Of a stretch of DNA of 64,000 bases, positions 11,005-20,253 are shown one piece after another. Positions within the stretch are counted from its first letter, which is position 1. Each line of letters begins with the position of its first letter. The DNA is taken from NCBI GenBank assembly GCA_033977065.1, contig JAXCHI010000004.1:320001-384000 (forward strand), given 5' to 3'. A model generated the notes under the pieces. The model did no database searches. It saw nothing but the letters and a program-made list of their open reading frames with translations, and was not told the DNA's origin. The stretch is from Candidatus Algichlamydia australiensis (GTDB taxonomy: Bacteria > Chlamydiota > Chlamydiia > Chlamydiales > JAJFMI01). The translations under genes and the position numbers were made by a program.

Positions 11005-11168
11005 TTTTCAGATTTCCTAAAAAATATTTTAATATCCCTAAAGGCAATCAACTTTCCTAGATTCAATTATAACGAAAGTTAGTGAATTCAGATCAGAAGA
11101 GCTTTAATCCTATTGGAAGTATTGGGAATCTCTATACTTTATTACAAGTTCATGTTAAAATGTTCTCT

Positions 11169-12125
11169 ATGAATGCTACAAATTTAACTGAAACAAGTCT
11201 AAAAATATCAAAAAATATTTTTAATTTTGATCATGCTGCATGGAGCCAGACGGCAGAGAAAGTGGGCTCTTTTTTCCATTCACACAGATTTCTAATGGCT
11301 AAAATAGTGTTGGGAGTGACTCTTTTAAATATTGTTACTATTATGGGCGCTGGATCTCTGATATATAGAAAAATGCGAGGTGTTTGGCCACATCAAGTAC
11401 TTACTGCAAATATTTTATATCCTCTTCGTAATTATACACCTGAAAGTTGGAAAACAATCATTGAGAACTATAATGACGAAATCAACCCGGCAAATAAATT
11501 TACAGCAGAAGACAGAGAAGAACTACAAGAGTGGGTTGATCAAGCAGAAGAGCGACCTGATAGAGGTGCAGGGATTCCTGATTCTCGGGATTTACGCCAA
11601 GGACTCATGAATCGTGTGCTAGAAGGAAAGAAGAATTTAGATTTTTATTTACGTAGGCCTTTAAACTATTGGGAGCAGGGGGGGCTTCCTGATGAAAGAG
11701 AAATAGTTGTTCCTCTAAGTTTTTTAGATTTAAAAGTATTTAATAAATTATCTCATATTTCTGATATTAGCATTAAATCAAATGAAAAACGCGATCCACC
11801 AGAGGAGATTTTAGATCTAAAAAATCTTCGTAGTTTGACTCTTATAAATTGTACAATACCAGAAAACTTTGAGTTTGAAAAACTCCCTAAATTGGAAAAA
11901 CTTTTCTTTTGGCGGTGCGATATTCCAGATATTTTGTATTTGAAAAAGGTAAGCAATTTGCATCAAATTGGTATTGCAAATTGTACAATACCAGAAAACC
12001 TTCAGTTTGAAGAACCCTCTAAATTTGAAAAACTTTTCATTGTTGATTGCAATATTCCAGATATTACGTTTTTGGAAGGGTTAAGCCATTTGCGTGGAAT
12101 TGATATTGAAGATTGTATAATTTAA
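11169..12125 (+). CDS. N-terminal TM + LRR protein, copy 3 (shorter)
   Basis: Shares WSQTA, VWPHQV and NKFTAEDREELQEWV with copies 1 and 2. The start at MNATNL is chosen by alignment. Confidence 0.8.
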   Translation: MNATNLTETSLKISKNIFNFDHAAWSQTAEKVGSFFHSHRFLMAKIVLGVTLLNIVTIMGAGSLIYRKMRGVWPHQVLTANILYPLRNYTPESWKTIIENYNDEINPANKFTAEDREELQEWVDQAEERPDRGAGIPDSRDLRQGLMNRVLEGKKNLDFYLRRPLNYWEQGGLPDEREIVVPLSFLDLKVFNKLSHISDISIKSNEKRDPPEEILDLKNLRSLTLINCTIPENFEFEKLPKLEKLFFWRCDIPDILYLKKVSNLHQIGIANCTIPENLQFEEPSKFEKLFIVDCNIPDITFLEGLSHLRGIDIEDCII

Positions 12126-12195
12126 ATTGCCATTCTGTAACCTAGAGGATCTTCCGCTTCAGATTACAGTTTTTTGTATAGTATTTGTTAGTTCA

Positions 12196-12240
12196 ACTGA
12201 AGTTGCTACCCAGTTTCTCCTATAGAGAGGGGGATTTTTT
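12196..12240 (-). mobile_element. MITE family A, partial end
   Basis: ACTGAAGTTGCTACCCAGTTTCTCCTATAGAGAGGGGGATTTTT matches the reverse complement of the right end of 19546..19704 and 51545..51703. Confidence 0.75.
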
Positions 12241-12340
12241 CTTTGCATATTCTCCGCAGATAATTAATCATATTAAATAATTGAATTCTTGTAACTTATC
12301 GCTTTTTTAGTTAAAATATTCCCATAACAAGGTTACTCCT

Positions 12341-13033
12341 ATGCTAACTGTAAATGAATACTTTAATCACTCTTGTACGCTCGCCAACGCAGGAAAAGAG
12401 CGCCTGGTCTCCTATTTTAAACCTGTATCAAGCTATGCAGAAACGTTTTTTAGTGAAGGAGCGAAAGAGACAATTGCTAAAAATCGCGTTCTAATTATAA
12501 CAGTTCTTTCAATTACAGCCCTAGGATTAACAGGGCTATCTGTTTATTACATTGCAAAGCGGGTCTTCAGTAAAACAACTTCCGATGCCAAACCTTCTCT
12601 TAAGAGGAGCCCAGAGTATGACAAAAATACAGGCAGGTATTCTAGTGCCGGGTGCTCTTTTGCTCTTCCTAATGGAATAAATCCCAAAGAGGAGGAGATA
12701 ACATTTATCCTTCCGAGTGGTGTAAAGCTGACGTTTTTTCAATATAAAGACCGTACAAAGTCCACAATTGATGATGACTTGAGCGCGTATACTACTCATT
12801 ATCAGAAAGGCTTGAATCAAGAACCCAAAAAAGGTTCTCTTGATAACGGACTTAAGTATCTCGCAATCTCTCCGATTCATGTTGAAGGAAATCCCTATTT
12901 AAAATCCTATACTATCTACAACGGAGAGGATAGATATAGGTTTACGGCGACTCATATAGAGCAAGCAAAGATAAAAGAGAGTATTGAAATGAATGCAATT
13001 TTAGAATCATTTACCCTTACTAAGGAGAGCTAA
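12341..13033 (+). CDS. Single-TM protein with possible PsbP/DcrB-like domain, paralog 1
   Basis: FF...NR-TM motif shared with the next two ORFs; C-terminal AILESFTL. Confidence 0.7.
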   Translation: MLTVNEYFNHSCTLANAGKERLVSYFKPVSSYAETFFSEGAKETIAKNRVLIITVLSITALGLTGLSVYYIAKRVFSKTTSDAKPSLKRSPEYDKNTGRYSSAGCSFALPNGINPKEEEITFILPSGVKLTFFQYKDRTKSTIDDDLSAYTTHYQKGLNQEPKKGSLDNGLKYLAISPIHVEGNPYLKSYTIYNGEDRYRFTATHIEQAKIKESIEMNAILESFTLTKES

Positions 13034-13034
13034 A

Positions 13035-13739
13035 ATGGCAGCTATAGGAACTACACTTTCCATAGCAGGGAGCGCTGCTCAAGCTTTACCTGGAGCAAAC
13101 ACTAACCAAGCAAAGACAATTGCTAACAGATTCTTCAACAATGATATAAAAAAAACATTTGTGCAAAACCGCACTCTTATTTTCGCTACTCTTACAGTAG
13201 TAACTTTGTCATCTACTGTACTCGCTATCTATTTTGTTTATCAAAAAAATGTAACCCTCAATAAAACAGATAAAGAAAATGAGTTCACGATTCAAATCAG
13301 TGGAAATCGTGTTTCTGTTTCTCCCTCAGGTTTTACTTTTCAGATTCCTTCAAGTACAAAACAACACGCAAATCAGAAATTTTTGCTACCTGAAGATTTA
13401 ACACTACAATTTTCAGTCTCTAAGACGAACAAGAGCATTGGTGATTATGTGGAAGAATTTAAAGATAATGCATGTTCAGGAAAGACGGAAAAACCGATAA
13501 GTGTAAATGGAAGATTAAGAACTTCATACGCAGGAGAGTTTGTTCCACAATTGTTTAGCGTTAATGGGGTTCAGGTTCTAGAACGTCGCCCTAAAAAAGT
13601 GCTTGAGGGAGTGTTTGAGCGGAGCTATTACATAGTAGGTGCAGGTCGCCTCTACCTACTAAAATTTTCTCACGAAAGTGATCCGTCAAAACTAGAAACT
13701 TTACAAAATGTTTTAAAATCAATAGTTTTTCATAATTAG
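13035..13739 (+). CDS. Single-TM protein with possible PsbP/DcrB-like domain, paralog 2
   Basis: RFF...NRTLIF-TM motif; C-terminal NVLKSIVF. Confidence 0.7.
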   Translation: MAAIGTTLSIAGSAAQALPGANTNQAKTIANRFFNNDIKKTFVQNRTLIFATLTVVTLSSTVLAIYFVYQKNVTLNKTDKENEFTIQISGNRVSVSPSGFTFQIPSSTKQHANQKFLLPEDLTLQFSVSKTNKSIGDYVEEFKDNACSGKTEKPISVNGRLRTSYAGEFVPQLFSVNGVQVLERRPKKVLEGVFERSYYIVGAGRLYLLKFSHESDPSKLETLQNVLKSIVFHN

Positions 13740-13748
13740 AGACTTAAG

Positions 13749-14471
13749 GTGACAACTGTAGGAAATATTATTACAGAAGCAAGCAAAGCCACTCAGGGTT
13801 TACCTGCAGCAAAAATGGACCGAGCGAGTTTTGTTGCTAGTACGTTTTTTAGCGGAGGTATGCGCAACTTTATTGCTGAGAATAGATCATTCGTTATTGC
13901 GCTTTCTGCAGCCACGCTATTTGGTACAGCTTATTTAGTTCATAAAATGATATCTGAAAAAACTGGAGTTAAGTATAACATCCAATTTGACCTTCCTGAC
14001 GGAGTAAAAAAGGCTGATTTAGAAAAATCTATCAATCTGGAAGTGGCCAAAGAGAGTGCAAAAAAAGAAATTACCGCTCGTCAAAAAGATGGCATTGTTT
14101 TTACTGATGAAGAAATAGCCTTTCTTTGTGCCGATCTGATAGAAATACAGCTATTTAAAAAGCCTAGTGCAAAAGAGTTATATGTATTTTGTTCCATCCA
14201 AAGCAGAGATCAAACGTTTGATTTTTCACAAATTCATACTGTTTGGACGAAATTCTATGGAAAAGATTTTGTAGAATCAACGCTCTTAACTTTGACAAGT
14301 GGGGAAAAAGCCGTCCGTTTTAGGGTGTCAGGTAAAGAAGCTTCTGAAATTGTCATGATTGAGAAAGGGGGGTTCTTTTACGGGCTCTGTTTTCCTTCTT
14401 CTGAAGTTCAGCTATTAACGTTTCGGGCTGATGTAACAAATCTGATCAATTCAATCACATTTCCCGAATAA
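13749..14471 (+). CDS. Single-TM protein with possible PsbP/DcrB-like domain, paralog 3
   Basis: TFF...NRSFVI-TM motif; C-terminal NLINSITF. Confidence 0.7.
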   Translation: MTTVGNIITEASKATQGLPAAKMDRASFVASTFFSGGMRNFIAENRSFVIALSAATLFGTAYLVHKMISEKTGVKYNIQFDLPDGVKKADLEKSINLEVAKESAKKEITARQKDGIVFTDEEIAFLCADLIEIQLFKKPSAKELYVFCSIQSRDQTFDFSQIHTVWTKFYGKDFVESTLLTLTSGEKAVRFRVSGKEASEIVMIEKGGFFYGLCFPSSEVQLLTFRADVTNLINSITFPE

Positions 14472-14525
14472 AATTCTGAATAGAAGCAAAAAGCGTTTTC
14501 TGTAATTAGCTCAAAAGTCTGTTTA

Positions 14526-14746
14526 GGGGTGTTCTCTTAATTTATGAATTTGAGGGGTGGTTTTCTTTTTAGAAGAAATTTATTATAGAGGGTAAAAGCA
14601 GCTTGATAAAACTCAAGTTACTACCTAGTCTCTCCAGAAGGGGATGGGGGTAGCAACTTGAGTTTGATAAAATCGGTGAAATCTGAATAGCAAATCTACT
14701 CAGAAAGAAAACCGAACAGCAAGTTCAAAAATTCAGAGAACACCTC
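14526..14746. mobile_element. MITE family D (host of a nested family A copy)
   Basis: Imperfect TIRs GGGGTGTTCTCTTAATTTATGAA and TTCAAAAATTCAGAGAACACCTC; noncoding. Confidence 0.6.
14611..14663. mobile_element. MITE family A, 53-bp internally deleted form
   Basis: ACTCAAGTTACTACC...GGTAGCAACTTGAGT, flanked by the direct repeat TTGATAAA. Confidence 0.85.
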
Positions 14747-14748
14747 AA

Positions 14749-16548
14749 ATGCACCGTAGAACAAAAATTGTTTGTACTATAGGCCCCGCCGTCAGCAGCG
14801 AAGAGAAGATCGATCAGCTGATTTCCGCAGGAATGAATGTGGCGCGCTTAAACTTTAGCCATGGGACCCGTGAGGATCACGCGAAAACAATTGCTAATTT
14901 AAAAAAACTGCGTAAAAAGCGTGAAATTCCTCTAGCTATCATGCTGGATACGAAAGGACCTGAGATTCGTGTAGGCAAGTTAATCCAAGAGCAGCTTGAG
15001 TTAAAGAAGAGAGACAAACTTAAGCTAGTAAAAGGTGAGGCAAAAGAGAGCTTAGAGGTGCCAATTACGCCCGCTTCTGTTGTAGATGATTTAGAAGAGG
15101 GAATGCATGTACTCTTTGATGATGGCTACATCAGTGCAAAGGTTATAGAGAAAAGCAAAGACTTTGTAACAGTTCAAATAGAGAATCCTGGCGTTCTGCT
15201 TAGCAATAAAGGAATCAATATCCCCCATGAAAATATTGATTTACCTGCGATGACAGAACAGGATATGGCAGACATTCGGTTTGGGTGTGAGCAGGATGTG
15301 GATATTATTGCCGCATCGTTTATTCGCTCTGCAGAGCATATTCTTGAGATCAAACAGCTGCTGGCAAAAGAGAAGGCGCAGGATATCATGGTCATGGCCA
15401 AGATAGAGAGCGCTGAGGGGGTCAACCACTTTGACTCTATTCTCCAGGCAGCAGATGGAATTATGGTAGCAAGGGGCGATCTAGGCGTAGAATTGCCTCT
15501 TAAAGATGTGCCGCGCTTGCAGAAAATGATGATTCGTAAGTGCTACCATTCAGGCAAGTCTGTGATCATTGCGACGCAAATGCTAGAGTCGATGATCACA
15601 AATCCAAGACCGACGCGAGCAGAAGTCTCTGATGTAGCCAATGCGATCTATGATAGTGCATCTGCTGTGATGCTCTCAGGAGAGACCGCTGTTGGTAAGT
15701 ACCCAATTGAAGCGGTTAAAATGATGCGCAGCGTAATTGAAGAGGCTGAGAGCGATTTTGACTACCGCAGTTTTTTCTACAGTGACACAAGAGGGGATTT
15801 TTATGATGTGGCGACTTCTGTTGGCTTAGCATCGGTAAAAACAGCCTATGCGATCGATGCAAAAGCTATTTTTGTCTTTACTCATAGTGGTAATGCGGCG
15901 CGTACTATTGCCCGTTTGCGACCTTATCAGCCGATCATTGCACTCTCTCCTACACAGAAAACTTATCATCAGATGGGCGTAAATTGGGGGGTCGTCCCAT
16001 TTTTTGGTGAGGTTAAGGATTTGAAGAGCGGATTCGCCACTCTGAGCTGTTTTGCACTGAAGAAAAAGCTTACGCGCTATGGAGATTTGGTAGTCGTTTC
16101 AGCAGGATCGCCCTTTGGGATTTCAGGAACAACTAATACAATGATTGTGGAAAATATTGGAGATGTTCTAGTGCGTGGGTACGCGACAAAAAAAGGCAAA
16201 CGCACAGTTGGGAAAGTGCTCATTGTGCTCTCTACAGAAAATAAAAGACAGTACCATATACAAGGCAAAGTTGCGGTGCTCACTGCTTGTGATACAGAGT
16301 ATGAGAAGCTTCTGCATGGAACAGCTGGAATCATTTTACAGAATCATCCAGACGATTTAGAGTCGGAAAAATGTGCCAAGGCACTGGCAAAAAACCTTAA
16401 TGTTCCTCTGATCACGCGTGCTGATAACGCCTCCACAATTCTGCAAGAAGGACAACTGGTCACTCTTGATCCGCAAAAAGGTCTTGTTTTCAAAGGATCG
16501 TTTTCAACAGACGATGAGATGATTCATCAAGTTTGTTGTGATGATTGA
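14749..16548 (+). CDS. pyk: Pyruvate kinase with C-terminal PEP-utiliser-like domain
   Basis: RTKIVCTIGP, ARLNFSHG, MVARGDLGVE and VMLSGETA motifs. Confidence 0.97.
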   Translation: MHRRTKIVCTIGPAVSSEEKIDQLISAGMNVARLNFSHGTREDHAKTIANLKKLRKKREIPLAIMLDTKGPEIRVGKLIQEQLELKKRDKLKLVKGEAKESLEVPITPASVVDDLEEGMHVLFDDGYISAKVIEKSKDFVTVQIENPGVLLSNKGINIPHENIDLPAMTEQDMADIRFGCEQDVDIIAASFIRSAEHILEIKQLLAKEKAQDIMVMAKIESAEGVNHFDSILQAADGIMVARGDLGVELPLKDVPRLQKMMIRKCYHSGKSVIIATQMLESMITNPRPTRAEVSDVANAIYDSASAVMLSGETAVGKYPIEAVKMMRSVIEEAESDFDYRSFFYSDTRGDFYDVATSVGLASVKTAYAIDAKAIFVFTHSGNAARTIARLRPYQPIIALSPTQKTYHQMGVNWGVVPFFGEVKDLKSGFATLSCFALKKKLTRYGDLVVVSAGSPFGISGTTNTMIVENIGDVLVRGYATKKGKRTVGKVLIVLSTENKRQYHIQGKVAVLTACDTEYEKLLHGTAGIILQNHPDDLESEKCAKALAKNLNVPLITRADNASTILQEGQLVTLDPQKGLVFKGSFSTDDEMIHQVCCDD

Positions 16549-16570
16549 TTCTATTTGTTAAGCTAATTGC

Positions 16571-17020
16571 ATGTTTGTACAGTCGTATGTCGAATTAAAT
16601 GAAACAGAAAGTCTTGTCTATTATTTAAAAACAGCAGATGATTTTGATCCCACATCTCAAAGTGCTGTAGCGGCACTTTGGACTGCTTTCGAAAAGAGTT
16701 ATTTTGACGTTCAGGATGTTTTAATGAAGCAAGGCGTTGCAAATGCTGATTATCGAGATGATGAAGGAAATCACCCTATTCATCTTTTAGCAGAAAAGGG
16801 CAATACCTCTGTAGGCGTCTGTTTACAAAATGGAATTCCTATAGATCTTGAAAATAGTGCTGGAATGACACCTCTACAATTGGCTGTTGCCCATAACCAG
16901 AAAGATATGGTTCAGTATTTGATTAATAATAAGGCGAAGATTCCTGATAATGAGACAGATCAAAAGATCCAAGAGCTGCTTCAGGAAAAACCGCATCACT
17001 TTTGTTGCCACCTTTTATAA
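16571..17020 (+). CDS. Small ankyrin-repeat protein with C-terminal CaaX box
   Basis: GNHPIHLLA and GMTPLQLAV ankyrin motifs; ends CCHLL. Confidence 0.85.
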   Translation: MFVQSYVELNETESLVYYLKTADDFDPTSQSAVAALWTAFEKSYFDVQDVLMKQGVANADYRDDEGNHPIHLLAEKGNTSVGVCLQNGIPIDLENSAGMTPLQLAVAHNQKDMVQYLINNKAKIPDNETDQKIQELLQEKPHHFCCHLL

Positions 17021-17072
17021 AAATTGTGTAGAGTGGCCCTATAAATCTAATTTTTCCTTATTACTTTCTTTT

Positions 17073-17633
17073 ATGGGATTTGCAAATATACAGTCACTCG
17101 TTTTAGTTCGTCACGGTGAGGGCGAGCATAATGTAAAAGGGATCTGGTCGCAAACGGCCCCTCTCACAGAGGTGGGTGTGGAGCAAGTTTTTCAGACAGG
17201 TAAAGATCTTTTGGAGCAGGGTCTCTCGAGTGAAAAAGTTTCTGTTGTCTATGTTTCACCTATGCCTCGTACGCGTCAGACAGCGCAGGCGCTTATTGAT
17301 TCTGGAGTCATTCGAGAGGAGCAGCTTGTTTTTGATGAGCGGCTGGCTGAGATCGATGCTGGCTCACTCGAGGGAGAAAAATTTCGCCCTTGGGGAGATG
17401 CCGATCTTTGGGATTTGCCTTTTGCTGAAGAGGTCGGTGGGGAGACGCTAGCGCAGGTGCGCGATCGTATCGGAAGTTTTCTTTCTGAGCTCTCTAAGCA
17501 GGAATTTGAACACCATGTTTTTGTGATTTCTCACGGCTCTCCGTTACGAGAGTTGCTGGGGCTACTTGGGCATGAGCGCATCAAGTTGAATACAGCAGAA
17601 GCCAAAATCATCCCAAAACCGCCAAAGCACTAA
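17073..17633 (+). CDS. Histidine phosphatase (phosphoglycerate mutase family)
   Basis: LVRHGE, SPMPRTRQT and ISHG motifs. The start is set at MGFANI. Confidence 0.9.
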   Translation: MGFANIQSLVLVRHGEGEHNVKGIWSQTAPLTEVGVEQVFQTGKDLLEQGLSSEKVSVVYVSPMPRTRQTAQALIDSGVIREEQLVFDERLAEIDAGSLEGEKFRPWGDADLWDLPFAEEVGGETLAQVRDRIGSFLSELSKQEFEHHVFVISHGSPLRELLGLLGHERIKLNTAEAKIIPKPPKH

Positions 17634-18273
17634 TTCCGGCTGTTTCAGCTCGTAAAACATGCCTGCTCAGGCGCACCCCTGTAGCAAATTCACGAAGTTG
17701 TGTAAGTTCATTTTCAGAAAAACCTCCTTCGGGTCCGATGTAAATCGTCGTATTTCCTTTGGCAGCAGTGAGAGGAGGCGCATTAGGATCGAGATCACCA
17801 AAGAGTGCTTTGCCTTTAGCCTCTGGAAAGGTAGAAAAAACTTCAATTTTGGGAAGGTAGAGGCGCTTGCACTGCTTAAGTGCACTGATGGTAGCGGTTT
17901 CAAGTCTCGCAAGATGGTTAGAGGAGAGTTTTTGTCTTTCTGAGTGATCGGAAGCAAAGAGGTGAAAAGCAGTAGCCCCGAGCTCTGTTCCCTTTTCAAT
18001 GAGCCACTCCAAGCGGCTCTGTTTGATGAGGGCTGCTGCCAGAACAATTTTGGGTGCGGGTTCCTGCTGCTTTTCGCAGGCGGTAATTTCTACAATTGTT
18101 TCGTGTTTATTTGAGGAGAAGAGAGTGCCTTGCGCGAGAGTTCCTTTGCCATCAACAAGTTCAAGATGATCTCCTTTTTTGCCGCGCATCACACGCGTAA
18201 GGTGATGAGCTTCTGCTCCCGATAGGATAGACTTTCCCTTCTGCAGTTTTTCTGTCACATAATAGCGATTCAT
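17608..18273 (-). CDS. rsmE: 16S rRNA m3U1498 methyltransferase
   Basis: HHLTRVMR, EKGTELG, IGPEGGFS and LRAETA motifs. Confidence 0.95.
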   Translation of the reverse strand: MNRYYVTEKLQKGKSILSGAEAHHLTRVMRGKKGDHLELVDGKGTLAQGTLFSSNKHETIVEITACEKQQEPAPKIVLAAALIKQSRLEWLIEKGTELGATAFHLFASDHSERQKLSSNHLARLETATISALKQCKRLYLPKIEVFSTFPEAKGKALFGDLDPNAPPLTAAKGNTTIYIGPEGGFSENELTQLREFATGVRLSRHVLRAETAGISALAVLG

Positions 18274-19466
18274 ATATGTTCTTCCCTGCATATTGCGAGT
18301 TTCAAGATCTTATCAAAGGAGGGCTCTTGTGCTAAGATGAGTTTGGGGGTAGCAAGTTCTATTAAATCTTTTTTTGTTAGTACTTCAAAAGCCGCTTGGC
18401 GTTTCCAATGACGTGTAATGTTTTCTTTAGAAAAATTAAAGACAAGTTTAAATCGGTAATCTTTGCGGTAGGGATCGTATGCCAGGTGTTCAAAGCCGTT
18501 TTGAGGTGTGGGGCACATAAGAGTGAGAAAAGCGCGCGGGTAGATGGTGCGAAAGGTTTGCATCCAAGGCTCCCATTTAGGTGCAATGATGAGAATGGAA
18601 TCGTGGCGAAAGCGGTAGTAGACGTTTTTTGGGCTCTCTTGCTTCCAGCGATTGTGTTGCCAGAGCCACTGCTCGGGGCAGGTTTTGATAGAAGTTTCAA
18701 AGATTTGTAGCGCCTCCTTCATCATGCGCTCAGTCTCTTCATTCATCGGTTTGGATTTATCAGGCCAAATAGGATCACTGTAGGTGATTTCGTAGGTGAC
18801 GCCTACGCGTTTTGTAGTAGCGACCATGATGGGGCAACCGGTTTTATAGGAGAGGAGTGCGGGCGCTGTTGAGGTAAAGGCGCGTCTGCCAAGAAAAGAG
18901 CTGGAAAAGTCGCTATCGGGAAAGCCTTGGTCACCAACGATTCCAAGGAACTTTCCAGCTTTTAGACCGCGCAAGCCCTCTTTGATCGCAAGCTTAGGTG
19001 GGACAATTGTGCCGCCAAACTTTTCGCGCATCTGTACGATCCACTCATAAACTTTTTTCTGTTTAATAGGCCTTCCAATAGCAACACCGGGCATGCGTTG
19101 GGTACCTTCTAAAAAAAGAACTTCCCAGTTGGCTTGGTGACCGCAGAAGAAGATGATACCTTGCCCTTTAGCAATGAGCGCAGCAGCTGGTTCTGGATTT
19201 GTGCAGCACGCCCACTTAAAGCTTTTTCTATGGGCAAATTTGGGATACTCAAGAGCGCAAGTGAGGAGGTTGGCAAAGGAAGCTTTGGCTATACGTCGAA
19301 TCTCTTTAGGGCTCAGCTTAAGGTCTGTAGCGAGGGCGAGATTGGAGAGTGCGCGCTTGCGCCACTTAGGAATGGCGCAGTAGGCAATGGGGGCGAAGCC
19401 GTGGCTTAAAAGATTGATAAGCCATTGTGGGGTAATCGCAAGAGGTGTGGTTAGGAGTTTAAACAT
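18270..19466 (-). CDS. htrB: Lipid A late acyltransferase (LpxL/HtrB)
   Basis: GHQANWE, VGDQ and PEQWLWQHNRWK motifs; chlamydial synteny with cdaR/cdaA. Confidence 0.9.
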   Translation of the reverse strand: MFKLLTTPLAITPQWLINLLSHGFAPIAYCAIPKWRKRALSNLALATDLKLSPKEIRRIAKASFANLLTCALEYPKFAHRKSFKWACCTNPEPAAALIAKGQGIIFFCGHQANWEVLFLEGTQRMPGVAIGRPIKQKKVYEWIVQMREKFGGTIVPPKLAIKEGLRGLKAGKFLGIVGDQGFPDSDFSSSFLGRRAFTSTAPALLSYKTGCPIMVATTKRVGVTYEITYSDPIWPDKSKPMNEETERMMKEALQIFETSIKTCPEQWLWQHNRWKQESPKNVYYRFRHDSILIIAPKWEPWMQTFRTIYPRAFLTLMCPTPQNGFEHLAYDPYRKDYRFKLVFNFSKENITRHWKRQAAFEVLTKKDLIELATPKLILAQEPSFDKILKLAICREEHI

Positions 19467-19545
19467 GGTAGGGTAAAATCGATTCTACCCTATAGGCAGT
19501 TCTATTTTCAATGGATAGAATACAAAACAAGGGAGTGTCTTCGAA

Positions 19546-19704
19546 ACTCAAGTTGCTACCCCTTTCCCCCTTTGGAGAGACCCTTTTTGCGATCTACTTA
19601 GTTTAAAATTTCAGAAATGCTTGATAAACATTCCTTCAATTTGAAACGAAACATCTCATCAAAAATCCCTCTCTCCATAGGAGAAACTGAGTGGCAACTT
19701 GAGT
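19546..19704 (+). mobile_element. MITE family A, full-length 159 bp
   Basis: TIRs ACTCAAGTTGC/GCAACTTGAGT and 6-bp TSD TTCGAA. Near-identical to 51545..51703. Confidence 0.92.
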
Positions 19705-19769
19705 TTCGAATTAAAATAGAGTCCAAAAATTGGCCAAAATAATTGAAAATCTTTCTCTTGATGAGGAGT

Positions 19770-20178
19770 CTAGTACTCTGTAACAGAAAATTTTAGCATT
19801 ATTTTTACGTCAAAGCCTTCGCATAAAAATGGATCCCAAACGTGAAAAGTAAAGCGATTGTATGTGATTGAAAAAGCTGTCTAGACCTTGCAAAGTTTTC
19901 TGCAAAACAAAAAAAACAGCCGCGCAAGCGACGTGAAAGGGGCCCCTCCCGAAACAAAGTGGAGGGTGGGGAATGAACGCGCGATGCGCTCGATGGCTTC
20001 AGATTGGCTTTGAAAAATTGCGGTGCAGGAGGAAGAAGTAGTGCTTTGCACGGTTTTCCGACGAAACGCAATTTGGCATGCCAAGATGAAGCTCAAAGGG
20101 CAGCGGGGATTTGCCCGACTGTCTCTATTGGCTGTTTTTTTAAATTAAACACTAAGATTTTCTGTTACAGAGTACTAG
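19770..20178. mobile_element. MITE family B, about 409 bp
   Basis: 27-bp TIRs CTAGTACTCTGTAACAGAAAAT(T/C)TTAG with one mismatch. Internal pieces recur near 26561, 47186 and 48311. Confidence 0.88.
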
Positions 20179-20253
20179 GTTCCAAAAATAAAATCATGTT
20201 TTCGAAAATTAAAGATTGTTGATAAGATTGAGCTGATCAAAGTGGAGGTAAGC

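Noticed and set aside
16530..16548. Pyk C-terminal CCDD as a prenylation signal
   Set aside because: The tail is acidic and belongs to a cytosolic housekeeping enzyme; it is not a plausible CaaX.
19805..20222. Three short ORFs of 71-88 aa
   Set aside because: They lie almost entirely within MITE B and show no transposase motifs.
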